Below, piece after piece: positions 9,408 to 18,930 of a DNA stretch of 47,570 nt; positions within the stretch are counted from its first letter, which is position 1; the number at the start of each line of letters is the position of its first letter. The notes beneath the pieces are model-generated. The model saw only the letters and a list, made by a program, of their open reading frames with translations, made no database searches and had not been told where the DNA came from. Source of the DNA: an uncultured Gammaproteobacteria bacterium (GTDB lineage Bacteria; Pseudomonadota; Gammaproteobacteria; Xanthomonadales; BPKI01). The stretch lies in contig CAZGKE010000005.1 of NCBI GenBank assembly GCA_964526035.1, positions 1 through 47,570 on the forward strand, in the 5' to 3' direction. The translations under genes were made by a program, and so were the position numbers.

Positions 9408-9737
9408 TCAGAGCGTCTCCACGCGCGCGGCGCAGATGAAGTCATTCTCGGACAAGCCGCCGACGTCATGGGTGCTGAAGAACACCCTGCAGCGGTTGTA
9501 GCCAACTGCCAGATCGGGGTGGTGGTCTTCGCGATGGGCTACCCACGCCACTGCGTTCACGAACGCCATGGTGTGGTGGTAGTCCTTGAACTCGAAGGTC
9601 TTGGTGATGCCGTCGCCGCTGCGCTCCCAACCGGACAGCAACGCGAGCATGTCGTCAGCGCGTGCTTCGTCGACACGATGCTCTTCGCCGCGGCGTGGGG
9701 AGCAGCGTAGTGCGGCCATCGCTTCAAGGGTAGGCAT
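9408..9737 (-). CDS. phhB: Pterin-4-alpha-carbinolamine dehydratase
   Basis: EDHHPD and [13 protein letters not shown] motifs. Confidence 0.93.
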   Translation of the reverse strand: MPTLEAMAALRCSPRRGEEHRVDEARADDMLALLSGWERSGDGITKTFEFKDYHHTMAFVNAVAWVAHREDHHPDLAVGYNRCRVFFSTHDVGGLSENDFICAARVETL

Positions 9738-9864
9738 TGTCAGATCTCCGTCGACAGTTGGGTACGCGAGTCTACTTGGCCCATCCTGGCCAGGCCATGA
9801 CGTCGTTCACTGGGCAGCAGGGATGAGCCGCTACAATGGCGACCATGCCAACGAAACCACAGAC

Positions 9865-10455
9865 ATGATCAATATCAGCCCCGTCGCCCAGCAACACTTC
9901 CAGCGTCTGATCGAGCAGCAGGACGAACCCGGTCTCGGCATCCGCCTGAGCGCCCTGCGGGGCGGGACGCCGGCCGCCGACTGCCATCTGGAGTTCTGCG
10001 GCGCTGCTGACCTTGCCGGTGACGAATGGGCGCTCGACTGCGAAGGCTTCACGCTCTGGGTCGAGGCGGGCAGCGTGAGTTTTCTCGACGGCGCCGAAAT
10101 CGATCTGCGCGAAGAAGGTGCGGGCAGCGCCCTGAGTATCCGGGCGCCGCGGCTCAAGGGCGATGTGCCCGGCGCCGAGGCCAGCCTGGTGGAGCGCGTT
10201 CGCTACGTGATGGACGCCGAGATCAATCCCGGCGTCGCCTCGCACGGCGGCCGCGTTCACCTCGAAGAAGTCCGTGCGGACGGCACCGTGGTGCTGCGCT
10301 TCGGCGGCGGTTGCCACGGTTGCGGCATGGCTGACGTAACGCTCAAGCAGGGCATCGAGAAGACCCTGATGACGCGCATCCCGGAAATCACTGCAGTAGT
10401 GGACGCCACCGATCACAGCACCGGCGCCAATCCGTATGTGGCGCGGGTGGGGTAG
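9865..10455 (+). CDS. nfuA: Fe-S biogenesis protein NfuA
   Basis: Degenerate A-type domain plus Nfu domain [25 protein letters not shown]. Confidence 0.93.
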   Translation: MINISPVAQQHFQRLIEQQDEPGLGIRLSALRGGTPAADCHLEFCGAADLAGDEWALDCEGFTLWVEAGSVSFLDGAEIDLREEGAGSALSIRAPRLKGDVPGAEASLVERVRYVMDAEINPGVASHGGRVHLEEVRADGTVVLRFGGGCHGCGMADVTLKQGIEKTLMTRIPEITAVVDATDHSTGANPYVARVG

Positions 10456-10460
10456 GTTGG

Positions 10461-10507
10461 TATCGGCTATCAGCCATCAGCAACAGCTCGCGGCGTGACG
10501 CCGCGAG
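10461..10507. repeat. Heptamer run plus perfect hairpin
   Basis: TATCGGC-TATCAGC-CATCAGC, then CTCGCGGCGT-G-ACGCCGCGAG. Confidence 0.55.
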
Positions 10508-10619
10508 GCATGTCAGGAGGGACGCATGAGCTCGTAGTGCGGCAACCCATGGTGCCGTTCTTTGGCGCGTGGGTTGGCGATGTCGATACAGGCGACCCGG
10601 AGGGCCGCCGCCACACCGT

Positions 10620-10952
10620 TCACTTGAACTCGCGAAGATCCTTCAGATCGCCCTTCTGGCGCGCATAGAACGCAGCCAGGTCGCGGATGTCGCGGTCGCT
10701 CAGGGTGGCCATGAAACCGGCCATGATGGCGTTGTCGCGCTCGCCGGACTTGTATGCCCGCAGGGTGTGCACGAGATAGTCCTCGTACTGACCGGCGAGT
10801 TTGGGGTAGCTGGGATCGGTGGAGGTATTGCCGTCGGTACCGTGGCAGGCCTGGCAGATCTGGGATTTCTGCTGACCGGCTACCGGGTCACCGGCATGAA
10901 CCGCACCGACAGAAGCAAACAGGGTGAACGCCAGCAGGGGAGCGAACTTCAT
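10620..10952 (-). CDS. Periplasmic monoheme cytochrome c (c553/c4-like)
   Basis: Signal peptide, CQACH, YPKLAGQ, distal Met (NAIM). Confidence 0.93.
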   Translation of the reverse strand: MKFAPLLAFTLFASVGAVHAGDPVAGQQKSQICQACHGTDGNTSTDPSYPKLAGQYEDYLVHTLRAYKSGERDNAIMAGFMATLSDRDIRDLAAFYARQKGDLKDLREFK

Positions 10953-11284
10953 TCTGCGGCCTCCTTCAGGCTGGACAGGAAGGCGGAAATGTCGGCGATA
11001 TCCTCATCGCTGAGCGACTCGCCCTGTGCCCGCATGGTCGGGTGCGGGCGCAGCCCGTCGCGGTAAAGGTTCAGTGAATCGACAAGATACCGGTAGTTCT
11101 GGCCGGCGATCTTCGGCACGTGGTAGTGCGGATAGACGTTCTTGTAGCCGGGAACGCCGTGACAGCCGGTGCAGGTGTAGGCCTTGATCCGGCCCTGCTC
11201 GATGTCGCCCTCGTTGGCTGTCGCCAGGCCGGACAGCGCGAGGAGAAGCACGAGCAAACTGGGTGTGACGTTCGGTCGCATCAT
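10949..11284 (-). CDS. Periplasmic monoheme cytochrome c (c553/c4-like)
   Basis: Signal peptide, CTGCH, PKIAGQ, HPTM; ATGA overlap with the next gene. Confidence 0.93.
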   Translation of the reverse strand: MMRPNVTPSLLVLLLALSGLATANEGDIEQGRIKAYTCTGCHGVPGYKNVYPHYHVPKIAGQNYRYLVDSLNLYRDGLRPHPTMRAQGESLSDEDIADISAFLSSLKEAAE

Positions 11285-11484
11285 TTGAGAGCGTCGTTGA
11301 ATGGGATTCGGTGAAAGGAGGGCGCCGGCAGCCGCGGCAAGGCGCGGAAGTATAGCGGCGACGATGCGTTCCCTGCCAGCGGACCGTTCCGGATGCTGCC
11401 CGACGGCTGCCGGCGCAGCCGATGGTGGTGATCGTCGGCCTGGCTTGGCACAATCGTCGGCCTGTTCCGCGGAATGCCGAGTCG

Positions 11485-13089
11485 ATGTCCTACCTAGCTC
11501 TCGCCAGAAAATGGCGGCCGCGGCGGTTCGCCGAACTGGTCGGCCAGGAACACGTTGTGCGGGCGCTGGGCAATGCGCTGGACAGCGGTCGACTGCACCA
11601 CGCCTTCCTGTTCACCGGTACCCGTGGCGTCGGCAAGACCACCATCGCGCGGATCTTCGCCAAGTCACTGAACTGCGAGCGCGGCGTGTCGTCGGAGCCA
11701 TGCGGTGAGTGCAGTACCTGTGTCGAAGTCGACGCCGGACGCTACGTCGACCTGATCGAAATTGATGCTGCCAGCAACACCGGCGTGGACAATGTTCGCG
11801 ATCTCATCGAGAAGGCGCAGTACTCACCGAGTCGTGGCCGCACCAAGGTCTACCTGATTGACGAGGTGCACATGCTTTCCAAGCCCGCCTTCAACGCGCT
11901 GTTGAAGACGCTTGAGGAGCCGCCCGGACACGTCAAGTTCCTGCTCGCCACGACCGACCCGGACAAGCTGCCGGTGACGGTGCTGTCGCGATGCCTGCAG
12001 TTCAACCTCAAGCGGTTGAGCCTGGAGCAGATTGCTGGACAGATGCAGTCCATCCTCGCTGCCGAAGGCATCGAGTCGGAAAACGGCGCCGTCGCGGTGC
12101 TGGCTGAGGGCGCCGACGGCAGCCTGCGCGATGGCCTTTCCCTGCTCGACCAGGCCATCGTGCACGGTGGCGGCCGGGTGCTGGAAGCGCAGGTGCGGGA
12201 CATGCTTGGCAGCATCGATCGCGACCGTGTCCTGGTGCTGATCGACCATCTCGCCGCAGGCGACGGCGGCAAGCTGCTCGACGAGGTGGAATCGCTGGCC
12301 GAGCTGTCGCCTGATTTCGCCGCCGTGCTGAGCGGAATTGCCGAGGCGCTGCATCGTATGCAGCTCGCCCAGCTGATGCCGGAGCGTGCCCGCAGCGACG
12401 CGCTGGCACCGGCCATCAGCGCGCTCGCTGCTCGCGCGAGTCCCGAGGAAGTCCAGCTTTGGTACCAGATGGCGATCGCCGGGCGCCGCGATCTTTCCCT
12501 GGCGCCGACGCCGCGCACCGGTTTCGAGATGGCGCTGTTGCGTATGCTCGCGTTCCGGCCGGGCGGTGCAACGCCGGAGCGCAAGACCCCCACTGCAGCG
12601 CCGCTGCGCAACCATGCCGGACCGACACAGGTGCCGAAGACCGCTGTAGCGACTCCAGCCGCCATGATCCGCGAGGTGCACGCACCGCTGGCCGAGTCCC
12701 TCGAAGTCGATCAGGACAGCTGGCCGAGTCTACTGGAGTCTTGCGAGCTGGCCGGGCCCAATCGGGTGTTTGCATCCCACACGCTGTTCCTGTCGCTGCA
12801 AGGTGATCGACTTGCGGTGGCCTTGCGCGCCGACGATGCGCACCTGCGCAGCCCGCGTGCGGAAGCGGCGCTTGCGAAGGCCTTGAGCACACGACTGGGT
12901 CGGCCGCTCAAGCTCAGCGTCGAACTTGCCGAAGGCGAGGGTGAAACCCTTGCCGAGCGCGAGGCGCGCCTTTCCGACAACCGCCACCGCGCCGCTCTGG
13001 ATGCCGTCGATTCGGACCCCGTGGTCGCCGCGCTCAAACGGAATCTTGGCGCCCGGGTCATTCCCCAATCCGTGAAGCCTTTGGATTAA
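11485..13089 (+). CDS. dnaX: DNA polymerase III subunit gamma/tau
   Basis: [29 protein letters not shown] motifs. Confidence 0.97.
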   Translation: MSYLALARKWRPRRFAELVGQEHVVRALGNALDSGRLHHAFLFTGTRGVGKTTIARIFAKSLNCERGVSSEPCGECSTCVEVDAGRYVDLIEIDAASNTGVDNVRDLIEKAQYSPSRGRTKVYLIDEVHMLSKPAFNALLKTLEEPPGHVKFLLATTDPDKLPVTVLSRCLQFNLKRLSLEQIAGQMQSILAAEGIESENGAVAVLAEGADGSLRDGLSLLDQAIVHGGGRVLEAQVRDMLGSIDRDRVLVLIDHLAAGDGGKLLDEVESLAELSPDFAAVLSGIAEALHRMQLAQLMPERARSDALAPAISALAARASPEEVQLWYQMAIAGRRDLSLAPTPRTGFEMALLRMLAFRPGGATPERKTPTAAPLRNHAGPTQVPKTAVATPAAMIREVHAPLAESLEVDQDSWPSLLESCELAGPNRVFASHTLFLSLQGDRLAVALRADDAHLRSPRAEAALAKALSTRLGRPLKLSVELAEGEGETLAEREARLSDNRHRAALDAVDSDPVVAALKRNLGARVIPQSVKPLD

Positions 13090-13093
13090 CGCC

Positions 13094-13420
13094 ATGATGA
13101 AAGCACAGATTGCCGGTCTCATGCAGCAGGCCAAGAAGATGCAGGAGGCCATGGAGAAGGCCCAGGAGGAGCTGGCGCGGGCCGAGGTTGTGGGCCAGGC
13201 GGGAGGAGGCATGGTCACGGTCACCATGAACGGTCGCCACGAAGTGCGCAGGGTCGAGATTGATCGTCAGCTGTTCGCCGACGACGCCGAGATGGCGGAA
13301 GACCTGGTCGCTGCAGCCATCAACGATGCGGTGAACCGGGTTGCCGAGCTCAGCCGCGAGCGCATGGCCGGTCTCGGCGCGGGCATGAACCTTCCACCTG
13401 GCATGAAGTTGCCATTCTAA
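13094..13420 (+). CDS. ybaB: YbaB/EbfC nucleoid-associated protein
   Basis: [21 protein letters not shown]; located between dnaX and recR. Confidence 0.95.
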   Translation: MMKAQIAGLMQQAKKMQEAMEKAQEELARAEVVGQAGGGMVTVTMNGRHEVRRVEIDRQLFADDAEMAEDLVAAAINDAVNRVAELSRERMAGLGAGMNLPPGMKLPF

Positions 13421-13432
13421 GAATATGAAACA

Positions 13433-14035
13433 TTGAGCTTTTCACCGCTGCTATCCGAGCTGATCGAGGCGCTTCGCGCGCTTCCAGGGGTGGGTCAAAA
13501 GACCGCTCAGCGCATGGCGTTCCAGCTGATCGAGCGTGATCGCCATGGGGCGCGGCGGCTGGCCTCGGCGCTGGTCGCCGCGGCTGACCGCATCGGGCAT
13601 TGCGAGCGCTGCCGCACTTTCAGCGAGAACCGCCTGTGCGCCACCTGCCAGGCTTCAGGTCGCGATGAAGCCATGCTCTGCGTGGTGGAGACGCCGGTCG
13701 ACCAGCTCGCCATCGAAACCGCGACCGGCTACCGCGGTCGCTACTTCGTGCTGCTGGGTCGCCTGTCGCCGCTGGATGGACTTGGGCCGGCCGAACTGGG
13801 CATGGACCTTCTCGCGCGGCGCCTCGCCGAGGGCGAAACCCGGGAAATGATCATCGCCACCAATCCCACCGTCGAAGGCGAAGCCACCGCGCACTATCTC
13901 GCGCAGATTGCCCGCGGCGCCGGAGTCCAGGCCACCCGCATCGCCCACGGAGTGCCCATCGGCGGTGAACTCGAGTTCGTCGATCGCGGCACTCTTGCGC
14001 ACGCCTTTGGAACCCGCCACCAGGTCGAAGTCTGA
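13433..14035 (+). CDS. recR: Recombination mediator RecR
   Basis: [11 protein letters not shown], Zn finger, [18 protein letters not shown]; TTG start. Confidence 0.96.
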   Translation: MSFSPLLSELIEALRALPGVGQKTAQRMAFQLIERDRHGARRLASALVAAADRIGHCERCRTFSENRLCATCQASGRDEAMLCVVETPVDQLAIETATGYRGRYFVLLGRLSPLDGLGPAELGMDLLARRLAEGETREMIIATNPTVEGEATAHYLAQIARGAGVQATRIAHGVPIGGELEFVDRGTLAHAFGTRHQVEV

Positions 14036-14043
14036 GGAACCCC

Positions 14044-14388
14044 ATGTCCAATACGCTCTTTGCCAAGATCATCCGCCGCGAGATTCCCGCGGATATCGTC
14101 TTTGAAGATGATGAGGTGCTGGCATTCCGCGACATCAACCCACAGGCGCCGGTGCACGTGCTGTTCATTCCGAAGAAGCCGATCGCCACGCTTGACGATC
14201 TGATCGTGGCCGATGACCCACTGGTGGGTCGGCTGGTCCGCGCGGCGGCAGAGTACGCGCGTCGCGAAGGCCTGGCGGACACGGGCTATCGCACCGTGAT
14301 CAACTGTGGCGATGACGGTGGCCAGACCGTCTACCACCTGCATTTGCACCTGCTTGCCGGTCGCCGCCTGGAGTGGCCTCCGGGTTGA
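14044..14388 (+). CDS. hinT: Histidine triad nucleotide-binding protein
   Basis: FRDINPQAPVH and GQTVYHLHLH. Confidence 0.93.
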   Translation: MSNTLFAKIIRREIPADIVFEDDEVLAFRDINPQAPVHVLFIPKKPIATLDDLIVADDPLVGRLVRAAAEYARREGLADTGYRTVINCGDDGGQTVYHLHLHLLAGRRLEWPPG

Positions 14389-14390
14389 AG

Positions 14391-14900
14391 CTACCAGTGG
14401 ATGATGCGCGGCCCCCAGATGCCGGGCACGAAGTGCGCACGCGCGTGCCAGCGGTAGCCGCGGTCGGGCACCCGTTCCGACCACAGGTAGACGGTATCGG
14501 CCTCGACTGCCGGATAGCGATATTCGTATTCACCGACCTTGCCTGTCTCGAATCCGACCAGCGTGCCGGCAATGGTGATGTCACGGCCCTGCTCGAAGAT
14601 GGCTGGATCGTAGAAGCGGTCGCGACAGGCAAGGAAGCGCCCCAGCGGTTCGTAGTCCCAGCGTGGCCGCGCCACCATGTCGAGCGGACGTCCAAGGATT
14701 TCAAAGCAGGTCCGTTCTGCCTCCGGCACCACCGAGACAATGCTGCCGCCCCAGCGCACTCGTTCGCCTGTGGGGCCAGCCTGGTCCGGCAAGCTAGCGG
14801 CAAACTGTCCCTGCAGCGGTTTCGGCGCGCTGGCGCAGGCCGCAAGCCCGAGCGCCAGAACAATGGCCAGGCTGGTGGAAACGAACGGGGATGTGTTCAC
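14391..14900 (-). CDS. Slp family outer-membrane lipoprotein
   Basis: Lipobox LAAC, VRWGGSI, GRF...FYDP, GEYEYRYP; GTG start behind GAGG. Confidence 0.88.
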   Translation of the reverse strand: MNTSPFVSTSLAIVLALGLAACASAPKPLQGQFAASLPDQAGPTGERVRWGGSIVSVVPEAERTCFEILGRPLDMVARPRWDYEPLGRFLACRDRFYDPAIFEQGRDITIAGTLVGFETGKVGEYEYRYPAVEADTVYLWSERVPDRGYRWHARAHFVPGIWGPRIIHW

Positions 14901-14928
14901 GATTGACCTCGAGGTTGCGGGAGACAAT

Positions 14929-16920
14929 TCACTCCGGGGTGACTGCGCGTCGCGGCCGGTAGCCCCGAATCTTCTGGCGCAGTTCAGCGACGGCTTCCGC
15001 CGATGGATCGCTGGTTGCGTACCTGAGACCGATAAACCGTTTACGAAGTTCGTCAAGGGTCGATGCTTCATGCGGGAGACTGCGCGCTGCGCGCCCCAGC
15101 CATTCTTCCGGCCCTTCGTTGTGCCGCCGCGGTACGCCCGCCGCGGCCAGGCGCTTGCCGAGCAGCCGCCAGTGGCGCAGCAGCGGATCCTCGCTGCGGT
15201 GCGTGCCGCGCAGCGCCAGCGCCACCCAGGCCAGGGACAGGGTCGCGAATGCTGCCACCAGCGCCAGCCCCAGATCACGCCAGTTTGCGTCTGGCACGCC
15301 GAACGGGCGCAACACCTCGCGCTGGCGCAGCGCATTGAACTGCAACACCGCACTTACCCAACGATGACCGATCCAGTCGCCGACCTCGCCCAGCTGCGCC
15401 CACCAGGCGCGAGTGCGTTCACCTGCAGCGCGGCTTGCCGCGCCGAGGTCGCTGAATACGCGCTCCGGTGCGACCGCCGCGGTCGGATCGATACGCACCC
15501 ATCCCTCGCCGTCCAGCCACACCTCATTCCAGGCGTGGGCATCCGAATGCAGCACCAGCCAGTAGTCGCCGAGTGCGTTGTACTGACCGCCGAGATAGCC
15601 GGTGACCACGCGAGTGGGTATGCCCGCAGCGCGCATCAACACGGCAAACGCCGACGCATAGTGTTCGCAGAAGCCGTCGCGGGTCTCGAACAGGAAATCG
15701 TCGACCGAGTTGCGGCCCAGCAGGGGCGGGGCCAGCGAGTAGATGAAGACCTCGTTGAACCACGTGAGCGCGCGCCCGATGATGGCGCGATCGTCGCCGC
15801 CGTGTTCGCTTCGCCATTGCTGTCCAAGCGCCACGCTGCGCGGGTTGAAATCGGGCGGCAGATCCAGGGCCAGCTGGCGCCAGGTGGTGCGCAGTTCCGG
15901 CTCCATCCGATAGTTGATGGCTGAAACCAGTTCGTAGCGCTCCACCCGGCTCAAGGGATGCACAGAGCGCATCACGCGGTCCGAGCTCAGACGCAGTCCC
16001 TGTGGCGCCTCGAGCGGCACGTCCAGCGCCATCACCCATGACTGTTCAGTAGGCTCCAGCGTGATCTGGTAACGCACGGGCGTTCCCTGGGGTTCGAGTT
16101 CTCCGGCCTCGATGTTCCTCACCAGGTAGTTGAGCCGGGTCCAGGCGCGGCCGTCGAACTCCCAGAGAACCGGTCCCCGCCAGAAGCGCTGCTCCGGTGG
16201 CGGCATTCGCCCCTCGATCATGCTGACCCGGAACGCCGGAGACTCGTCGGCGAGCAGCAGACTCATGTCGCCAGGCGCCATGCGGTCGCTGACGCCGGTG
16301 CGTCCCGCGGCCGGGTCGAGCGGGGTGCCCCACAGTGGCGCACTCAGCCGCGGGACCAGCGCGAACAGAAACACTGTAAGCGGCAGGGCGAGAAGCGCGG
16401 CTGCCAGCGCAGGGCGCAGCCGCTGGCGCCAGGCGAGAGCGCCCTGGACGCGCCATCCCTGCACTTCGCCACGCGGCTCGGTGAACTCGCGCAGACCGGC
16501 GAAGATCAGCACTGCGCAGAATCCGACGTAGAGCGTGAGCGTGAGGCTCTCGGAGAACAGAAACTGCGTGAGCAGCACGAACAGGCTGAAAACAGCCACC
16601 AGGCGGGCGTCGCGGCGTCGCTCGCTCTCCATCAGCTTCAGCACCAGCATGGTAGCGAGGAGGGCGCTGCCGGCATTGCGTCCCACCAGGCTGCCGTAGT
16701 ACCAGCCGATCAGCAGCGTCATCCCGAGCACCAGCCCAAGCCGAACCAGTTTGGGAATGGCCACTCCCATGCGCTGACGCTGCAGCAGTCGCAAGAGCAC
16801 CATGGCCACCAGGCCGACCCCAAGCCACCAGGGAAGGCGGGCGAAATGGGGCGCCAGGCAGGCCAGCAGGATGATCGCCGCCCACAGGAATCCGCGGTGG
16901 CTGAGACGGGTCTCAGTCAT
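14929..16920 (-). CDS. DUF3488 plus transglutaminase membrane protein (TgpA-like)
   Basis: TM region; GFCEHYA, DAHAW, RIDPT catalytic triad. Confidence 0.92.
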   Translation of the reverse strand: MTETRLSHRGFLWAAIILLACLAPHFARLPWWLGVGLVAMVLLRLLQRQRMGVAIPKLVRLGLVLGMTLLIGWYYGSLVGRNAGSALLATMLVLKLMESERRRDARLVAVFSLFVLLTQFLFSESLTLTLYVGFCAVLIFAGLREFTEPRGEVQGWRVQGALAWRQRLRPALAAALLALPLTVFLFALVPRLSAPLWGTPLDPAAGRTGVSDRMAPGDMSLLLADESPAFRVSMIEGRMPPPEQRFWRGPVLWEFDGRAWTRLNYLVRNIEAGELEPQGTPVRYQITLEPTEQSWVMALDVPLEAPQGLRLSSDRVMRSVHPLSRVERYELVSAINYRMEPELRTTWRQLALDLPPDFNPRSVALGQQWRSEHGGDDRAIIGRALTWFNEVFIYSLAPPLLGRNSVDDFLFETRDGFCEHYASAFAVLMRAAGIPTRVVTGYLGGQYNALGDYWLVLHSDAHAWNEVWLDGEGWVRIDPTAAVAPERVFSDLGAASRAAGERTRAWWAQLGEVGDWIGHRWVSAVLQFNALRQREVLRPFGVPDANWRDLGLALVAAFATLSLAWVALALRGTHRSEDPLLRHWRLLGKRLAAAGVPRRHNEGPEEWLGRAARSLPHEASTLDELRKRFIGLRYATSDPSAEAVAELRQKIRGYRPRRAVTPE

Positions 16921-17920
16921 CGTCGCCTCCTGCGCGTGGCATCAATGCCAGCGCGCGCAGGCACTGCTCACAGAATTGCTGCCCGTGCCCGGGTCCGATC
17001 ACCTGGTCGGGGAGGCGCAGCAGAAACGCGGAATCACTGCTTCGCGCATCGAGTACCCAGCGCGTGAGCCTGGCGATGCGCGCTTCGTGATCGAGCCCCT
17101 GCAGGCGATCGAAATCGAACACGAGCAGATCACCACGGGTATCACGGAAGTCCTTGCTGAGCAGTCGATCGGCCCGGGCGCTCGCCTTCCACGCCACCAG
17201 GCGCAGCGGGTCGGAACGCTGGTGATCGCGGATGCCCTCCAGCTCCTCCCCTTCGCGGCGCCGCAGCGCGGCGCCGCTGCCGGCGCCGTCCGGCAGCGGC
17301 GGGGCTCCGGCCTCGGCGCGCGGATAGACCAGCAGCGAGCAGTCCGGGTGCACCCAGCTCCAGGCCACGAACAGTCCAAAGGGGATTTCGGTGTCGACCC
17401 GCAGTCGCCCCAGCTTCAGCCAGCCGCGACGCGAGGTGGCCACTTCGAGATGCGCAGCCGAAACACCGTCGGCGGCGACATGAATCTCGTCGCGGGAAAT
17501 ACCGCGCGAGATTCTCACGCCCTGCCGCGACCTGCCGTCCGCGGCACCGAGACTGACCTTGACGCGCATGGGATGACCGGCGTGAACCGCGTCAGCGTCA
17601 ACGCGATGGACAGTCAGGCGATTCAGGTTGCGAAACGTCTGGTGCAGACTGACGTGGGCGATCGCCGCTATCAGGAAGGTCAGAAGCAGCGCCGGGTTGT
17701 TGGTGTAGTTCAGCCCGGCCAGCAGCATGCCCACCGCAACCACGCTGAAGAACATGCCGAACCCGGTGGGGAGGATATAGATGCGCTTGCGATGCAGGGT
17801 CAGTGGCAGCGGTTCCGGCGCGCGCAGGCGGGTCAGCGCTGGCAGACGCCGCTCGACCCAGGCCAGCAGGCGTACCCGCCAATGACTGTTCCTCGTCTTC
17901 ACCTCAGTCCACGGCGACAT
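16913..17920 (-). CDS. DUF58 family protein
   Basis: IYILPT, NYTNN, IRDHQRSDPLRLVAWKASAR; start uncertain. Confidence 0.88.
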   Translation of the reverse strand: MSPWTEVKTRNSHWRVRLLAWVERRLPALTRLRAPEPLPLTLHRKRIYILPTGFGMFFSVVAVGMLLAGLNYTNNPALLLTFLIAAIAHVSLHQTFRNLNRLTVHRVDADAVHAGHPMRVKVSLGAADGRSRQGVRISRGISRDEIHVAADGVSAAHLEVATSRRGWLKLGRLRVDTEIPFGLFVAWSWVHPDCSLLVYPRAEAGAPPLPDGAGSGAALRRREGEELEGIRDHQRSDPLRLVAWKASARADRLLSKDFRDTRGDLLVFDFDRLQGLDHEARIARLTRWVLDARSSDSAFLLRLPDQVIGPGHGQQFCEQCLRALALMPRAGGDDD

Positions 17921-18848
17921 CGTCCAGCAGGCGCCGGGCGAGGGTGTCGCGATCGGCGCCGGTTTCGCCGCCGGGAATCAGCCGATGCGCGGCGACCGCC
18001 ACGAACACCGCCTGCACGTCTTCGGGCAGGACGAAACCGCGCCCCGCGGTGAGCGCCCAGGCACGCGCGGCGGCAAGCAGGGCCAGTCCGGCGCGCGGCG
18101 ACAGGCCGACACGGATTTCCGGGTGGCGTCTGCTCGCTTCAAGCAGATTCAGGACGTAATCGACCAGCGCGTTGCTGGTGGTGATTCCGGCGACCGATTC
18201 CTGAAGCGCGCGCACGCGTTCGGCGTCAAGGAACGGCTGCAGGCCGACCAGCATGCGTCGCCTGTCCGGCTGGGTCAGCATGAGGTGTTCGGCCTTGCGG
18301 TCCGGGTACCCGAGGCCGATGCGCAGCAGGAATCGGTCGAGCTGCGAGTCGGGAAGAGGGAAGGTCCCGGCCAGATCCACTGGATTCTGCGTAGCCACCA
18401 CGAAAAAGGGCTGCGGCAGCGGGTGGCTGATACCGTCCACCGTCACCTGGCCTTCGGCCATGGCTTCGAGCAGCGCGCTCTGGGTCTTCGGCGTTGCCCG
18501 ATTGATTTCATCGCCGAGCACGAGCTGGGCGAAGATCGGGCCAGGATGAAAGTTGAAGCCGACCTGATCGCGATCGTAGACGGACACTCCGAGAATGTCC
18601 GAGGGCAGCAGGTCGGACGTAAACTGCACGCGCTGGAAGCTGAGTCCGACGCTGGCGGCCAGCGCGTGGGCAAGCGTGGTCTTGCCGACACCAGGCAGAT
18701 CCTCGATCAGCAGGTGCCCGCCAGCCAGCAGCGACGTGAACGCGAGGCGCACCTCGTGCGGCTTGCCGAGCACGATGCGATTGGTCTGCTCGATGGCGCC
18801 AGCGAGCGCTTCGAGCTGTCGGGAGTCGGGATGCGGCGAATCAGCCAT
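17904..18848 (-). CDS. MoxR family AAA+ ATPase
   Basis: EDLPGVGKTT, DEINRA, ATQNP, QLDRF. Confidence 0.95.
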   Translation of the reverse strand: MADSPHPDSRQLEALAGAIEQTNRIVLGKPHEVRLAFTSLLAGGHLLIEDLPGVGKTTLAHALAASVGLSFQRVQFTSDLLPSDILGVSVYDRDQVGFNFHPGPIFAQLVLGDEINRATPKTQSALLEAMAEGQVTVDGISHPLPQPFFVVATQNPVDLAGTFPLPDSQLDRFLLRIGLGYPDRKAEHLMLTQPDRRRMLVGLQPFLDAERVRALQESVAGITTSNALVDYVLNLLEASRRHPEIRVGLSPRAGLALLAAARAWALTAGRGFVLPEDVQAVFVAVAAHRLIPGGETGADRDTLARRLLDDVAVD

Positions 18849-18930
18849 GGAGTCGAAACAGAATGTGAACCAACGGGCAGTGTAGCCTTCCATTGGTGAG
18901 GATTGAATCGATGAAGCCTTTGATCACGGC

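Noticed and set aside
11285-11484. Possible SRP RNA (ffs) or tRNA upstream of dnaX
   Set aside because: No GGAAGGAAGCAG SRP core or tRNA cloverleaf visible
11485-13089. Programmed -1 frameshift giving the gamma subunit
   Set aside because: No A AAA AAG or poly-A slippery run seen
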